DNA from: Phoronis australis
Lineage: Eukaryota; Animalia; Phoronida
Direction of reading: 5' to 3'
Length of the DNA stretch: 64,000 nucleotides
Assembly: GCA_002633005.1 (NCBI GenBank)
Contig: NMRA01000144.1
Location: 124,001-188,000, forward strand
This document shows, in pieces, positions 62,801 to 64,000 of this stretch. The translations under genes and the position numbers were made by a program. Numbering within the stretch: position 1 is the stretch's first letter; every line of letters starts with the position of its first letter. The notes under the pieces were generated by a model, which worked only from the letters and a program-made list of their open reading frames with translations, was not told the DNA's origin and searched no databases.

Positions 62801-64000
62801 CCCCCGCAGAATAGGTCTACCCCCGCATTATCCGTTCAAGACAGGATATAGAAGGGCGACAACAACAAAACTGTTGCAGCTACTGGTACATGTACTACTA
62901 ACTACACTGATGACTAAATAAGTAATAATTTTGAATTTGCTTTTGAGTGAAAGCGATTCACGTAATCACCGGACCGTACCTAGTCAACTTCGTCCAAATG
63001 GTGTTTGCGTAGATGACAGGATCGTGCAGACGAGTAGAGGAGGCTTCATGTTCTTCATCACGCGCGTATTGGTTACAACATAGAGTAACAAGGGCGTGTA
63101 GAAGTAAATGTCTAATCTATAGATAGGCTATATAGCAGCGAGAGAGCTCCCAAAAAGTAGTGCGTCGTGAACGTCATTTACTGTAATACATGTAGGTCGA
63201 GAAACAAAACAGCAGAAAAATCTGCTATCGTGGTATACTTGCTTACATAGTACAGTGTACGGCAAAATGCAGGCATTTTCAAATTTCGAATTGAAAGTGA
63301 TCGTCAAACATGTTGTTCATCCATTGTCCACTTTGTTGGGTGGATTGACTTGCGTGCGTGTACACGTGTGTGCTTTTCCATTATTTTAAATTCAGTACAC
63401 GCCGACGGTAAGTTCACCACAGGCAATCCTCCTTCGTCGCTCAGAAAAAAACGATATTTAACTACCGTGTTTTCTTGCCCTGAGCAAACCCCGACGAGTA
63501 TGTTCACATTGTTAGGGAAAAGTATTCCTAGACCTAATAAAAACTTTGGTCAATGAAGAAAGTTTTATCTTGGCAATCAGTGTCAATGGTGCACAGCTTA
63601 GCATATTTCATACGAGCAACAAACTTGATGGAAACGATTTCCAAGGTTACAGGTCACTATTCCGAAGGTTCGCTACCTTCGAAAGTTCACTACTTCGAAT
63701 GCCCACAATTTCGAAACGAGAACTGCGACTTTTCATTACTAACTGTCTGCTGATAAGTCGGAACTGACATAACTAAACCATTGTATTTGTGTCCATCTAA
63801 TAACCATTTAAAAGGTGTGCAAAAATTCAATAGTTCTTAAAACTTTGATTATATTGTTTACAGATGAACTCAGTTCCAATCAATAGTGATTACTGACACT
63901 AACCAATGACTCATTTTCAACGACAACATCGGGTCAGGGCTGCGGCGACCAACGGCGGTTTTACTGTACATTTAAGAACACTGAATGGAGCTATATGACT
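56817..64000 (+). repeat. Duplicated block A, copy 2 (runs off the window end)
   Basis: Colinear with 898-8290. Confidence 0.95.

Noticed and set aside
1-64000. CRISPR arrays, rRNA genes or prokaryotic operons
   Set aside because: No regularly spaced repeat-spacer units or rRNA-like sequence were seen; the genes are intron-containing and eukaryotic.

Overview
AT-rich animal genomic DNA, probably from a marine invertebrate (inferred from spliceosomal GT-AG introns and the transposon families present), with two single-N gaps at 34252 and 41565. Most of the window is nested transposon debris and local duplication: a block of at least 7.3 kb (898-8290 vs 56817-64000) and a 2.55 kb block (16944-19499 vs 50585-53085) each occur twice. 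Recognisable elements are a 5.35 kb ISL2EU/PHIS-type DNA transposon (near-intact spliced SAP-SWIM-YqaJ exonuclease gene, tail-to-tail with a THAP transposase whose DDE core is deleted), a Sola3-type element, several TTAA-flanked Kolobok-like elements, a P-like foldback MITE, two inverted Penelope-like 3' fragments each ending in a variant hammerhead ribozyme, and Gypsy gag and LINE relics. Two host genes could be assembled by hand: a minus-strand single discoidin (FA58C) domain gene split by a 10.1 kb intron, and a plus-strand 97-aa single-pass membrane microprotein absent from the ORF track. The most pervasive unusual signal is repeated TA to TACATGTA 6-bp insertion, visible by comparing the duplicated blocks. 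All alignments were done by eye; no database searches were run.
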